Below the pieces are notes generated by a model, which was not told the DNA's origin, made no database searches, and worked only from the letters and a program-made list of their open reading frames with translations. A DNA stretch of 64,000 nucleotides, taken from Eledone cirrhosa. Its lineage: Eukaryota. The position numbers and the translations under genes are program-made. This document shows positions 24,761-38,300 of the stretch, in pieces; the stretch's first letter is position 1; each line of letters starts with the position of its first letter. Where the stretch lies: NCBI GenBank assembly GCA_964016885.1, contig OZ024742.1, positions 19,344,001 to 19,408,000 on the forward strand, read 5' to 3'.

Positions 24761-25550
24761 GGCGAAGTGACAGAATTGTAAGAACGTCAGAGAGAATGAT
24801 CTGTGGTATTCCTTTCGGTTCTCTGCCCTCTGAGTTCAAATCCCGGCGAGGTCTACTTTGCCTTTAACCCATTCGAGGTCAATAAAAAGAATACCAGTCT
24901 ACTACTGGAGTCGATTCTTTCTCTATATCTCTTTGTTACTTCCATTATTTGTGCCTAAAGTAGAAACAATTATTTCCAGCATAGTTACGTCCCTTTACGA
25001 TCTGAGTTCAAATCCCGCCGAGGTTGACTTTGTCTTTCACCCTTACGGGGGTCGATAAAATAAAGTACCAGTAATGTACTGGGTATTTGCTGGCCTTGTG
25101 CCTAAAGTAGAAACAATTATTTCCCTCTCCACGGCGGTGGATTGGCAGTATCGGTAGAGGGTCGGACACCATGCTTTGACGCATAGAATTACGGCCCTTG
25201 CCATTCTGAGTTCAAATCTCACCGGGGTCAATTTTTCTTATCATCCCTTCGAGGTCGATACAAAGAATTACCAGTTCTGAGGTCAATTATTCATCTTTAA
25301 ATCTTTCCCACCCACCCACCCACACACACATACATACACACTCTCTCTATCTCTCTCTCTCTCTCGCTATCTCTATCTATCTATCTATCTATCTATTTCT
25401 CAGCTTCTCTTTCTCGCTCTCTCTCTTTCTTTGAAAGAAATCGGCTGTGTTTAGACCTGGAAAGGGATAAGCACCGCCAGCTTTAAATGCCTAAGATACA
25501 CAGTATATCACTGCGGTGCCATTACAACTGCATCAGTGGTAAGGGCCGAC
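24761..25550 (+). mobile_element. Cluster of three SINE copies, the last in long form
   Basis: gagttcaaatc at about 24832, 25004 and 25208, followed by a (CT)n tract and extension. Confidence 0.85.
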
Positions 25551-26072
25551 GGACGGCCAAATGGATAGCTGGATGGACAGATTTCATTGTTTGTTTGGGT
25601 GTAGAGGATTCAGAGTTTCGTGAAGTGTATCTGGAACACAAAAAAAAAAACAAATTTTATGATTGATTACCTAAAGATACTCAGCCATGCTGTGCTTTTA
25701 CATGAAATGTTATAAGAACCACTTCTGTGACATGAGTGGCAATCTGTAAACGTATGAAGCCGTTAACATAGCGGCAAAAAAACAAAACAAAAGAAGACTA
25801 GAGACTACAAACATCACAGGTTTCAGGTAGCAGTTTCCTTCTCTAGCCAATCGATAATAACTTGAGGCAATGCTCTAGCTTAGCTAAATCCAGGTCCAGG
25901 GTGACACGAAAATACTGGGAAACTAAAATATAGGAAACACAACAGGAGAAATTATTAAAAAAAAAAACATACCCCTCTTCAGACAAATATAACCAAACTC
26001 TCCTCAAGCAAGGTTTGATGCGAACCCTATACCATCTTGTACTAACCCAAGGACTTCACCACCTAGTACAAA

Positions 26073-26185
26073 TCCAAACCTACACCACCCTGCTCTAACC
26101 TAAATCCTACACCACCCTGCTCTAACCCAAATCCTACACCACCCAGCCCTAACCCAAATCCTACACCACATACCTCTAACCCAAC
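26073..26185. repeat. 27-bp tandem repeat ccaaatcctacaccaccctgctctaac, about 4 copies
   Basis: Visible tandem units. Confidence 0.8.
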
Positions 26186-26553
26186 CCCGTTTTCCACGCT
26201 GAAAAATATTCCTGATATCACTTTTAAAAAAACCTAAAATAACTTCATGTTATTCGTTCTCCAGTAATATCCACAATGTTTCCAATATGTTCCATATCCC
26301 TTCAGGGTTATCTCTGCTGACCAGAATGTGTGTGTATATATGCAAACAAATATATATGTATGTATGTTTACACACTTATATGTATTTGTTTCTCTATGTT
26401 TGTTTGTATATACACATATATTTGTAATTGTATGTATATATACATATATATATACATATAGGTGTGTATGTATATATATATGTATGTGTATAAGTGAGTG
26501 TGTGTGTTTAAGTGAGTGTGTGTGTTTAAGTGTGTGTGTATATATATATATAT

Positions 26554-26679
<126 letters not shown>

Positions 26680-27181
26680 CGTATCTAGCCCACTAAAGAA
26701 ATATATGGAAACTCTGTAAAAGAACTGAAGAAAATGGTGAAGCCTGTTGGTGAAGAATCCGAAGCTCTACCAAATATTGCTACTTGGTTCTGACAAGATC
26801 GTAACGGAGGTTCTAGCTCGGACTGCTACAAATTTCAGTTAATACTTACTGTCTCAAATCACACATTATTAGCTTAATTGAAGAAAGATTTCCTGATGAG
26901 AGGAAATTTACGAGCGCCTGGCTGGCCACATTCACTGAATGAGATTCTTTCTAGAGACAAACCTCAAAGTAACAGACATTTCAAGACGATCTGTAGATTG
27001 TCAACATCACCTGAAAGAAGATGCGAAAGTGCGACAGTAGATCGTGTGTGCAAGAGGACCTAAAACTAAGACATGCTTTTAAAAAGACTGGATGGTCATA
27101 GCAGGAACAACTTTGATCAGAGATCATTAAGTCTGCCCTAGTGTTAAACACCAAGATGCAATGTAAACATTGCTTACATTA

Positions 27182-27563
27182 CTCTCGGGTCCCCAATAAT
27201 AGGACGAGGGGCGCGGAATAAGCGTCGGGTGGGGTGGAAAATCTATAGTTTTTCTAGGATGTCTCTGTTGATTAAAAACAACAACAGAATTAGTCGTTTA
27301 GTTTACATATTGAGGGCCCAACGCATCCTATTTATTTTATAACATAGGATTTCTAGTAATGTACTTTTTTGTCATGTGTCATGTTTTTTAATGTCTAAAA
27401 AAAATTAATTGTCGCAGGAATGCTACCACTTAAAATAAAATTTCGCCGGAGATGAATTAGCAAAATCTATTATACAGGAACGGGGTGGAATAAGAGCGTG
27501 GGGGGGGGGGATCTGAAAAATTAATAAATGCGGGGTGGGGGTCGAATATTCGAGACCCGAGAG
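27182..27563. mobile_element. MITE (ctctcgggt TIR family) with TA TSD
   Basis: ta|ctctcgggtc ... gacccgagag|ta. Confidence 0.85.
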
Positions 27564-27679
27564 TATGTAACAATTTTTCGTTTAATTTTATATTTTGTTT
27601 GGTTTTGTTTTTTACTATCAGACCATATGAATATTGGTTTCTATTTGAGGTATTTGACTGCTACTTTGTTTTTGTTTTT

Positions 27680-28955
27680 TTATTGACCCAAAAGTATGAA
27701 TTTCAAAGTTGACATACAGGGGATTTGATCTCAGATCCTAAAGGGTCGTAACTAAATGCCACAAAACATTTTGCACAAAACACTGATGCAATTCAGTCAA
27801 TCCACCAGCCGGGATATGCATAATAATTGTTTCTACTATTGGCACAAGGCCAGCAATTATCACAGTGCATTACTGGTACTTTATTTTATCGACCCCGTAA
27901 GGATGAAAGGCAAAGTTACCCTCGGCGGGATTTGAACTCAGACCATAAAGGGGCGTAACTCTATGCTGGAAAGCATAACGTCCGACACTCTACCGATAGT
28001 GCCAATTCACCGTCTTAATAATTGTTTCTACGATTGGCACAAGGCCAGCAAATAACCAGTACATTACTGGTACTTTATTTTATCGACCCCGTAAGGATGA
28101 AAGGCAAAGTTAACCTCGGTGGGATTTGAACTCAGACTGTAAAGGGACATAACTATGCTGGAAAGCATGGCGTCCAACCCTCTACCGATACTGCCAATTA
28201 ATAATGTTTTCTGATTTAGGCACTTGCGGAAGCAGAAAGTCAAATCGACCTCAATGTATTACTAGTACTTTATTTTATCAACCCCGAAAAGCAAAGCTAA
28301 CCTCGGCGGGATTTGAATTCAGAATGTAGAAAGTCGTAACTATGCCGTAAAGCATGTTTGTCGACGCTCTACCGGTTCTACCAATCCAGCAATTTTTGGG
28401 GTGGGGCAAATCGATTAAAACGACCCCAGTGCCTGACTGGTACTTTATTTCATCGACTCCGTAAGGATGAAAGGCAAAGTTAACCTCGGTGGTATTTGAA
28501 CTCAGACCGTAACGGACAGTAACTCTATGCTGCAAAGCATGGTGTCCGATCCTCTATCGATACTGCCAATCCATCGCCCTACCGCCCTTAGTAATAATAA
28601 TAATTGTTTCTACTTTTGGCACAAGACCAGCAATTATTATAGTGTATTACTGGTACTTTATTTTATCGACCCCGTAAGGATGAAAGGCAAAGTTAACCTC
28701 GGCGGGATTTGCACTCAGACCATAAAGGGCCGTAACACTTTGCTGTAAAGCATGTCCGACCCTCTACTGATACTGCCAATCCACCATGATTTCCAATATG
28801 GGCACAAGGCCAGCCATTTCGGAAGCGAGAAAGTCGATTAAATTGACCCTATTGCATTACTGGTACTTTATTTTATCGACCCCGGTAGCATTTGAATTCA
28901 AAACGCAACACTCCAGTAATTTTGTCCAACACTCAAATAATTCTGCCAATCCACT
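27680..28955 (-). mobile_element. Head-to-tail cluster of about seven SINE copies
   Basis: Repeated aattgtttctac..ggcacaaggcc..ctggtactttattttatcgacccc..gatttgaactcag..ctgccaat units. Confidence 0.9.
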
Positions 28956-29052
28956 GTCCCGGAGTAAATGAATAACACTAACATTTTGAAATATGATAAA
29001 TTAATAGATTTGTTTTAAAAAGATGGTAACAATGTGAAAGTGTACTGTTCGT

Positions 29053-29143
29053 CTTATACGTAACATTCCTTCTTATACGTAACATTCCATCTTATACGTA
29101 ACATTCCATCTTATACGTAACATTCCATCTTATACGTAACATT
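29053..29143. repeat. 19-bp tandem repeat tcttatacgtaacattcca, about 5 copies
   Basis: Visible tandem units. Confidence 0.9.
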
Positions 29144-29549
29144 TCATTTACTTAGCCTTGCATATTTCCCGACGCTGCACGTGTGTGGGTGTTGTCATAT
29201 ATTTCAGACATTTCACTGTTACCTGTACAAATATACCAGGTTGTCTTTTGAAATACAATTGTGTTTCAAATAATTTGAAACTAATCAAGAATTTGGTGTT
29301 GTTTAATATCATAACATTTACCGCTCTTCCCTTTCTCGTCCTTTTCCCTACTTTTTATATTTTCATATTTTATATTCCATTCTTTCTTTTTCTATTAAAT
29401 TGTTTTTACTAAGATGGAAATAAAATTTTACTTTCTCATTATTAATGTGCCTTTCATCCTTACGGGGTCGATAAAATAAAGTACCAGTAATGTACTGGAT
29501 AATTGCTAGCCTTGTGCCAAAAGTAGAAACAATTATTAATGTGTGGGTA

Positions 29550-29724
29550 AATTCTGAAACTAATTGTTTCAGAATATCCCGTTAAGGGTGAAAGCAGCGA
29601 TTCTTTGCTTAAACTTTAATCTGTTATTTTAATAAATATTTGCTCTACGGTTCTTATATATTTGATATATATTTATCCTTATCGAGCCCTCTTTGGATTT
29701 TAGTCTTCAAATTTATTATTATTA

Positions 29725-29727
<3 letters not shown>
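29550..29727 (+). mobile_element. Second copy of fold-back family D (full tail, 10-bp inverted arm)
   Basis: attctgaaac-taatt-gtttcagaat, followed by the reverse complement of 20839-21000. Confidence 0.8.
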
Positions 29728-29799
<72 letters not shown>

Positions 29800-29805
<6 letters not shown>

Positions 29806-30826
29806 CGAGGTTTTTTATATGAAATCGTGTGTCGAAACAAATATTGTTATACTTGGGGAGGGTCATATTTGTGTAATATTGCCAGAATTAATAACAGAAC
29901 ACACTCACTGGTTAGTTGGTTTTCGCTTTTCGCTTCTGTGTCTTTTATATCGGTAATTTAATTTATTCGGTCCTCAATGTTGCCATTGACTGACCAACGG
30001 TCAAAAATAATACAGATACAATATAGACACAAACACATATATATAGTTTATCAAAGTTCTTTCGTTGCACATCTGCAACATCGTCAGTGGTGCTATTGTT
30101 TCCTCCCGTTACATTGTATTTTCTACGCCATCTTTATTTAGTCTGTTTATATATTTATTTATTTGTTTATTTTATTTTATTTTGTCTTCTTTGCGCATGC
30201 GTTTGCGTGTGTGTATAGTGTTTTGTTTGATGTGTGTTCGTGATTGGGTGACTGTGTATTGGTTAATGTATTGAATCTTTACTAGTGTGTGTTTATATGT
30301 GTTTGTTGTTATTGTGCTTGTGTATGTATTTATTTATTTATTTATCTATTTATTTATTTATTTATACTTCTCTTAGGTCAGTGTTGTTTGTTTGGGTGTT
30401 GTTGTTATTCCATTCATTTTTTCTGTTTAGCCTTGGCCTTCTATGTTCTATTTCACTGGCCTCTCTGATTTGCCTATCTGCTGGGTCATTTCTATGTTTA
30501 GATATTATTCTAATTTCTATGTTGTCTATGTTACCGTCGTGTTGTCGTCTGGCATGTTCGCATAGTACTGAACCGTTTTTTCGTCCTTTTAGTTCCCCCC
30601 AGTGTTGGTCTATCCTTTCACCTATGCTACGAGCTGTCTCGCCTATGTATGTAGTTGTCATGTTTCTGCAAGTACCCTCTGTACATCTTATGCTATAGAC
30701 TACGTTTCTAGTTTTACAGTTTATCCGGGAGTTTACCTTACATATGATACATTTCCTATTAGTACAGTGGGTTTTCTTAAAAGGGTAGGTTTTTCTGATC
30801 AGGGATTTTATGGTGGTTCCTGGCTA
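29800..30826 (-). mobile_element. Penelope-like element copy 3 (GIY-YIG end + 3' UTR), 5'-truncated
   Basis: ORF 30362..30661 YIGETARSIGERIDQH..RQIREA..LN. Aligns to 34804-35845. Its 3' end abuts (GA)n. Confidence 0.93.
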
Positions 30827-30919
30827 TTCTACCACAACTTTGCCTTTTATCATTTCAAGGTCGATACATCGATAAAAGAAAAAATACCAGTCCAGTACTC
30901 TCTCTCGCCCCTTTGGGAG

Positions 30920-31190
30920 AGAGGTAGGGGTGTTGGACTTACGATCATAATGTCGTGGTTTCAATCCTGAGCTGGGTAGTGTGTTGTGTTCTTGAGCAAA
31001 ACATTTCATTTCACATTACTCCAATATACTCAGCTGAAAATAAGTTTCAGCAATAGCTGGGGTTTTAACACTGCAAAGGACTGGCGTCGTGTTCAGGGGG
31101 GAGTTATCTACTTACAATCACTTCATCCCACGGAAACCGAGATAAACCCCGGCCTGATAAGCCTCCGAGCTCGAAACACACTTTAGATAT
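30920..31190 (+). mobile_element. CORE-like tRNA SINE
   Basis: tRNA-like head gtaggggtgttggacttacgatcataatgtcgtggtttcaatcc, then gttgtgttcttgagcaaaacattt. Confidence 0.75.
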
Positions 31191-32396
31191 TTGTTTTAGA
31201 TATACACACATACATGGCTTCTGTAATTAGGCATTTGTTTAAAATCCTGACAGCCCCTATTAAATATCATAACTACCCCTAAACCCCTATCCACCACCAC
31301 CGCCACCCCTCTAATCGGTGTTGAATTTCCTTATGAGATATTTACAATTATATTAATGTCAATTGTTGGGTCAATCCATTCAATTATAAAATATTTATGT
31401 CTACCCAGAAATTTGTAATAATTGATTGCTTCAACTAGAAAATAATGAGCCACACACTAAAACGTATATAAAACAAACACACGAGTGTATGTATATGTGT
31501 ATGTATGTACGTTTGTATGTATGTGTGTGTATGTATGGATGTATGTGTGTATATGTATGAATATATGTATGTATATATGTATGTATGTGATTAATAGCAA
31601 AATAATGATCCTCGCGCATAAATACCCTTATATAAACATACCACAAAGATGTATGTGTGTATGTGTATATATATCTATATAATATATCTATGCATGTGTG
31701 TATTTATATTGTTATCATTTCACAGTTAGCTACATCTATATCGCGCAGGCGCCTTTCCTTACTTTTTGCCGTCCCCAGGGGTACATTACCCGAGTTTCTC
31801 AAATATTATATATAGTGATCAACTATTATTGTAGTTAGTCACTTTAGGATGACTACATTTCAAGCTATAAATATTCCTACTATTTCTTTAGTCGACCGAA
31901 TGTATTCAGATATCCAGTCATTTGAGGGGCGGAGGAGAGAGTAAAGTCTGGAGGAAGGGGCTGTGTTGATAATTTGGAGGTCTTCTATGATGGATTGGTG
32001 CTGTTGATGTTTACACCTTCAGGAAAAGATTTCTAGTGGGACGACGTTTTGGGGAGGATGGACTGGGTGCTGTGTATAATGCAGATCCTGGGGGGGGGGG
32101 GGGTACGATGGGTGGTGATATGGAAGTTTTTGTGTGAATAGTGACATATGGTCAGCAAGGTCCGACACACAGTTCTCATTCAGTTACCCAGTGGAATGAA
32201 GCTCGTCAAATCGGACCTAGGAGACAATGTTTCCATTAGTCATTCCATTGCTGATAATATCTACCAGTCGCAACTCATGGAAGAAAGAGCAATGTGAAAT
32301 AAAGTGTCTTGCTCAAGGACAAAACTAAATAAAGTTGACAAAGAAGACTTAATCAAGACGACGACGACGAAGAATTAAAACGAGACGAAGCTAAAT

Positions 32397-32545
32397 TTGG
32401 TTGAATATGGTTTCCAACGGATTTTGTGCGAATGTATTGTCTGTAATAATAGGTTCAGTAGTGATGGCCTACTTTGGAGTGCTGTATATGTTGGTGAAAC
32501 TGGAAATTACCGGAGACTACTTCAAAAGAAGAGATCTGGTAAAAC
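32397..32545 (+). pseudogene. Possible BED zinc-finger remnant of a hAT (Charlie/Buster-like) transposase
   Basis: EYGF..ECIVCNNRFSSD, then in another frame DYFKRR. Resembles YGF..C.IC...LSN..YFKR. Confidence 0.3.
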
Positions 32546-32814
32546 ATCAAAACAATTTCGGTGCCAAACTGGCGAACAATAGTTGTAACGGTAATGTTTG
32601 TAATCTAAACGCACTCTAAAAGCCAAGCTAAAGGCACAAACAAATTGCTATGGCCGTCCCGTCGCTGGTGCCCCCCATTGCAAGGGTCCCGGTGCAATCC
32701 CCCCCCCCATTAAATGGGGCCCTACACATACACACTCGTACACCCACATACAGCGATACACATCAGGTTAATGTTTCTGCAAGTTTGTGTATGGAACTTA
32801 TTATTTAGCAGATG

Positions 32815-32955
32815 ATTTGCAGCATAGAGTTACGTCCCTTTACGGTCTGAGTACAAATCCCGCCGAGGTTAACTTTGCCTTTCATCCTTATAAATAAAGT
32901 ACCAGTAATACACTGGAATAATTGCTGGCCTTGTGCTAAAAGTAGAAATAATTAT
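32815..32955 (+). mobile_element. 5'-truncated SINE with TSD ttatttagcag
   Basis: Core and tail present, with duplicated flank. Confidence 0.85.
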
Positions 32956-33094
32956 TTAGCAGTTAGTTACATCTGAACTAATCAATTATTATAAATATTT
33001 TCTAATTGGACAGATTGACCCAACAATTGACCTTAAAAATACTGAAATCATAGAAATACTGTCACCTTCTCATTAACACTATATCTTTCTTGGC

Positions 33095-33620
33095 AAGTGT
33101 AGCTGTGTCTGTGTATGTGACAGTGTGTAGCTGTGTGTATGACAGTGTGTAGCTGTGTCTGTGTGTGTGTGTGACAGTGTGTAACTGTGTTTGTGTGTAG
33201 CTATGTCTGTGTGTAGCTGTGTCTGTGTGTGTGTGTGACAGTGTGTGCTGTGTTTGTGTGTAGCTGTGTCTGTGTGTAGCTGTGTCTGTGTGTGTGTGAC
33301 GGTGTGTAGCTGTGTCTGTGTGTGTGTGTGACAGTGTGTAACTGTGTTTGTGTGTAGCTATGTCTGTGTGTAGCTGTGTCTGTGTGTGTGTGACGGTGTG
33401 TAGCTGTGTCTGTGTGTAGCTGTGCTTGTCTGTGTGTGACGGTGTGTAGCTGTGTCTGTGTGTGTGTGATGATGTGTAGCTGTGTCTGTCTGTGTGTGAC
33501 GGTGTGGCTGTGTTTGTGTGTGTGACGGTGTGTAGCTGTGTGTGTGTGTGACGGTGTGTAGCTGTCTGTCTGTGTGTGACGGTGTGTAGCTGTGTCTGTG
33601 TGTGTGACGGTGTATAGCTG
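33095..33620. repeat. Compound (GT)-rich satellite gtgtagctgtgtctgtgtgtgtgac
   Basis: Visible repeat. It generates the His/Thr ORFs 33062..33668. Confidence 0.9.
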
Positions 33621-33621
33621 C

Positions 33622-33825
33622 ATATAGGAAAAAGTATGACCCCGACGGCAGAGCTCAAGCCGTTTCAACGGCTATTTTTGGACTATTTAGTCCAGAAATA
33701 GCCCTCGAAACGGCTTGAGCTCTGCCGTCGGGGTCATACTGTTTCCTATTACCCACTCTACTACCCTAAGTATTGAGTACTCTGGTGCGTTATGGTCCAT
33801 CTGGTTCCTTACCACAACTCCTTCG

Positions 33826-33826
<1 letters not shown>
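33622..33826. mobile_element. PLE-type fold-back element F
   Basis: Arms 33623-33685 and 33688-33749. Each carries a hammerhead 3' half GAAAC ggc-ttgagctct-gcc GTC gggg. Tail 33750-33826. Confidence 0.78.
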
Positions 33827-33884
<58 letters not shown>

Positions 33885-34675
33885 TAAATATGTCTGATGG
33901 TAGCTAAGATGCTTCCATAGGCGGTATGCCGGTTGAGCACTCTATTCTCTGATAGAGCAGAGTATGATGGAATATATATATGTATGTGTGTGTGTGTGAT
34001 CACTATGGGTGTGGCTATGTATGTGTTTGTGTATATGACAGACTGATTGAGTGTGTGTGTGTGTGTGTGTGTGTCAGGCATGTCTGTGTACGTATGCGTG
34101 TGTATCATGAGTATGGGTGTGACTGTGTGTATGTGTGTATGTATGTGAGTGTGTCTGAATATATATGCGTGTGTGTATGTGATTACCTGTGCATTTGAGT
34201 GTGACTGTGTGTGTATGTGTGTGTGTATTTTATGTGTTATGAAATATATAAATCATAATTATGGATATATTGGCGTGTGACGATGAAAGATTGGGGTGTT
34301 AGCCATGTTCAGTGATGCATGCCACCACTTCTCATACTACCTATCACACTCCAGTCACTATCTTTTCAGACGTTATCTCTTTCGAGTGTTTTCTCCCTTG
34401 TGATCCCTCTTACTCCTAATAAAGTAAGCCAATGACTCCAGTGACAGTCAACTTTATCTTAAAGAGGTTTACCGACTATTAGAGACTGTTATTTCGTGTA
34501 CCCACTGGGTGGAGGGGGGTATTTAGGGGTGTTTGTTTTATCTCTCCGGGGAGGGTAGAGTTGCAGAGAAGTGAAATTTGACACACATACACACACTTGT
34601 ATGTATATACGTACATGCATACATACACACTTGTATATACACGTACATGCATATATGCATACATACAGACACACT

Positions 34676-34712
<37 letters not shown>

Positions 34713-34739
34713 GTACATGTGTACATACACACACACTTG

Positions 34740-34790
<51 letters not shown>

Positions 34791-35064
34791 CGGCGATGAA
34801 TTAGTTTTGCGAGGTTTTTTATATGAAATCGTGTGTCGAAACAGATATTGTTATATTTGGGGAGGGTCATATTTGCGTAATATTGCCAGAATTAATAACA
34901 GAACACACTCACTGTTTGGTTGGTTTTCGCTTCTCGCTGTCTTTTATATATATATATCTGCGATCTAACTTACTCGGTCCTCAATGTTGCCATTGACTGA
35001 CCGGCGGTCAAAAATAATACAGATACAATATAGACACAAACACATATATATAGTTTACATAATT

Positions 35065-35106
35065 TACATAAATCTTTCGTTGCACATCTGCAACATCGTC
35101 AGTGGT
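35065..35106 (-). ncRNA. Minimal hammerhead motif in PLE 3' UTR (mirrored at 38912-38953 on +, homolog about 30050-30090 on -)
   Basis: acca CTGACGA t gttgca-gatg-tgcaac GAAA gattTA tg. Strong stem II; stems I and III are imperfect. Confidence 0.55.
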
Positions 35107-35372
35107 GTTATATTCATTGTTCCTCCTGTTGTGTTGTATGTCTACGCCATTTTTTTTTTGTTCAGTCTGTCTATATATTTATTTATTTATTTGCTTGTTT
35201 GTTTATCTTATTTTATTTTGTCTTCTTTGCGCATGCGTTTGCGTGTGTGTATAGTGCTATGTGTGATGTGTGACTAGTGTGTATAGTGTTGTGTCTGCTG
35301 GGTGACTAGTGTGTGTTTATGTGCTTGTGTATGTATTTATTTATCTTATTTTATTTTATTTTATTTACTTAT

Positions 35373-38300
35373 TTATACTTCTCTTAGGTCAGTGTTGTTT
35401 GTTTGGGTGTTGTTGTTGTTCCACTCATTCTTTCTGTTTAGCTTTGGTCTTCTAATTTCTATTTCACTGGCCTCTCTGATTTGCCTATCTGCTGGGTCAT
35501 TCCTATGTTTAGATATTATTCTAATTTCTATGTTGTCTATGTTACCGTCATGTTGTTGTCTAGCATGTTCGTATAGTACTGACCCGTTTTTTCGTCCTTT
35601 TAGTTCCCCCCAGTGTTGGTCTATCCTTTCACCTATGCTACGAGCTGTCTCACCTATGTATGTTGTTGTCATGTTTCTGCAAGTACCCTCTGTACATCTT
35701 ATGCTATAGACTACGTTTCTAGTTTTACAGTTTATCCGGGGGTTCACCTTACATATGATACATTTCCTATTGGTACAGTGGGTTTTCTTAAAAGGGTAGG
35801 TTTTGCTGATCAGGGATTTTATGGTGGTTCCTGGCTTTTCTACCACCTTTATTTTTAAGTGGGTCTTTCTCAGGGCCTTTCTACACTGGTTAGCTAATTT
35901 CCCTCCAGGGGTAGCGTCCACAAACATGACACTCTGATATCTCTGGTTGTCGTACCATGATGTGGCCTTCCCTATCTTATGTCTAGCCCTATCTAAGCTA
36001 TTCCATGATTTGCTCCTGTATAGTGGGCAAACTCCTTTCATGTCCAGTTCTATGAGGGTCTTATACTTTTCCATGGCTCCTTCGTATACTCTGACTCTGT
36101 CTCTTTGGTTGTAGCCAGAGAACTGCATGCGGTTGATGAAGTGTTGGATGTGTCCTTCCATTTCTGTTGGGTCGCACATGCTGGACACATTCTTCATCAC
36201 TCGTACCAAATCTGCGATCAGAATATTAAACTTAGCACTACTGGACATTGCTGAGTTTTTGAGTATCAGGTATTTGGAGGCCATGGGTTTAGCATAGTGT
36301 GAGTGGAGAATTTGGGCTCTCTCGTCTATAGTGTTAATCCAGAGTTCTGTGTCTAATACAGGTAGTCTATTGTTAGGGTGTTTGGAAGGGAAGTCTATAG
36401 TTACAGTTATACTCTGGTGTATGGAATTAACTATCTGCTGGATGCTTTCCATCGTGCTACGTTCTAAATCAAACTTGTTAGTGCTCTCTAGTGGGGGTGT
36501 TCTTATAACTATATTGATATCGTCTACATAACGAGAGTACATGATGAGGTCTATGGAGCTTTCATTAAAGAGATCTTTAAGTCTCCTTTCCCACCATACC
36601 ATGAAAAGGTTGGCAACATCACCAGCTATGCTGACGCCGATGGCTGCTCCCTCATTTTGGGTGTAGATTTTCTCATTGAACTTAAATATGTGGCCCTTTA
36701 GGGTAGTTTTGATACTAGCCCCTATTGCATGTGCGACCATTTTTCTTACCTGATCAGTGTTTTGGGGGGTCCGTATAGCTTTGGTCCACCCAATCCACCT
36801 TCCTATGGGAGTCTTTTTAGCCATTGAGGTTATGGTGGGGGGTCTACCTCTTATAGGTCTACTAGGGCAGAAACATCTAAGGTCATGGCTGTCTAGGTAG
36901 TCAGTGTCGTAGGTAAGTCTAAGTAGGAGGCCCAGTTCGTCTGTGTCGACGTCGCAGAACTCCACCTCACTCTCAATGATCATCCCCACACATCTTTTCA
37001 CAGCAAAATCAATGTTAATGGATGGGTACAGTGACACCACATCCATGCTGCCTATTATGCAGTTGGATAGGCTCCTGTTTTTGTTGCACTCACTGATTCT
37101 GCTGAGGAGGTCCTCTGTACTTTCACATACATCTGGGGACATCTTGATTATGGGGCGTATAACCATTGAGAGGAAGTAGGAGATCCTGTAGTTGCTAGCT
37201 ATATTAGCTCCGCATACGGGTCTTGTTGGTGGTCCTGTTGTCGGGTCGTCGACTGTCTTGTGGTCTTTGCGGAGCCCATACAAGGGTGGTATGCCATTGT
37301 TAGACGCCTGGAAGTTGTTGGCAGTGCGTCTGCTTGGCTTTAGTATGTCAGTCCACATCAGCATGTGAGCGTTGAGGATTTTTTCTCTCCCATCGTGTGT
37401 TAGTTGTGCAACTTCGCTCGTGTTGGTGATGTGGGGTTGCATTGCCTCGATGTAGTTCGGCATGCTATCTATTGACATCCTACCAGACTTATCTGTGGGT
37501 AGACACACTACCTCACCATCCCTTGTGCGCTGCTTGAGGCTAACCAAGCCTTCTACAGGTTTTATCCCAAGTTGTTGGGCCTCTGGTCTGCTCTGTCTCA
37601 TAGTGTACCTGTCTACTACTTGTCTAATCTTATTTCTAGCTATGGTGAACTGTGCCTCCGTCTCGTCATCTATTTGCTGTGGTATGCAAACTCTTTTATT
37701 AAAGGGTAACCTCGTAGGATAGATATTACCCATCTTATATGTTTTGTCAGCTGGGTTGAAAAATAGTTTCTCTAAGGGGTTGTCGTTATTTCTATCGTCA
37801 TAGTTGTGTGTGTTGCTATTATTGTTATCATGGTGGTTGTTGTTGTTTCTATCATTAGCATTAATATTATTATTGTTATGATTGCTAGATGTATTGTTGT
37901 TTACTTCACCGTTATTGTTGTTGTTGTTACTGCTATTTCTACCATTGTGGTTGTTACTATTATTATGTTTCTTGTTTTTGTTGATGTTGCTACATGTACT
38001 ATTTCCATTATTACCACTGTGGTTATTGTTGTTGTTGTTGTTCGTATTGTTACCGTTATTACTACTGTGGTCACTGTTGCTGTGTCTGTGGTTAACGTTT
38101 CTATTATTATTATTATTGTGGTTGTTGTTGTTCTGTCTATCGCTAGTATTATTGCCATTATCACTATTTCTCACTTTCCTGCCATTGTTATGGTTATGGC
38201 TGTTATTTCTATACCCAGAGTTATTGTTTATATTACTACTACCGTTATTATTGTTGTTGTTGTTTACCTTTGCATTCCAACGTATTTTTGTGAAACACTT

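Noticed and set aside
26073-26185. Interstitial telomere
   Set aside because: ctaacc occurs only once per 27-bp unit; there is no (CCCTAA)n array.
26890-26915. CTGATGA..GGAAA as hammerhead (also 16407)
   Set aside because: No stem II, stem III or stem I pairing.
26680-27130. Coding-like stretches (also 5830-6410, 17650-17840, 57918-58080, 63060-63400)
   Set aside because: Short or stop-interrupted with no recognisable motif; blastx is needed before any call.
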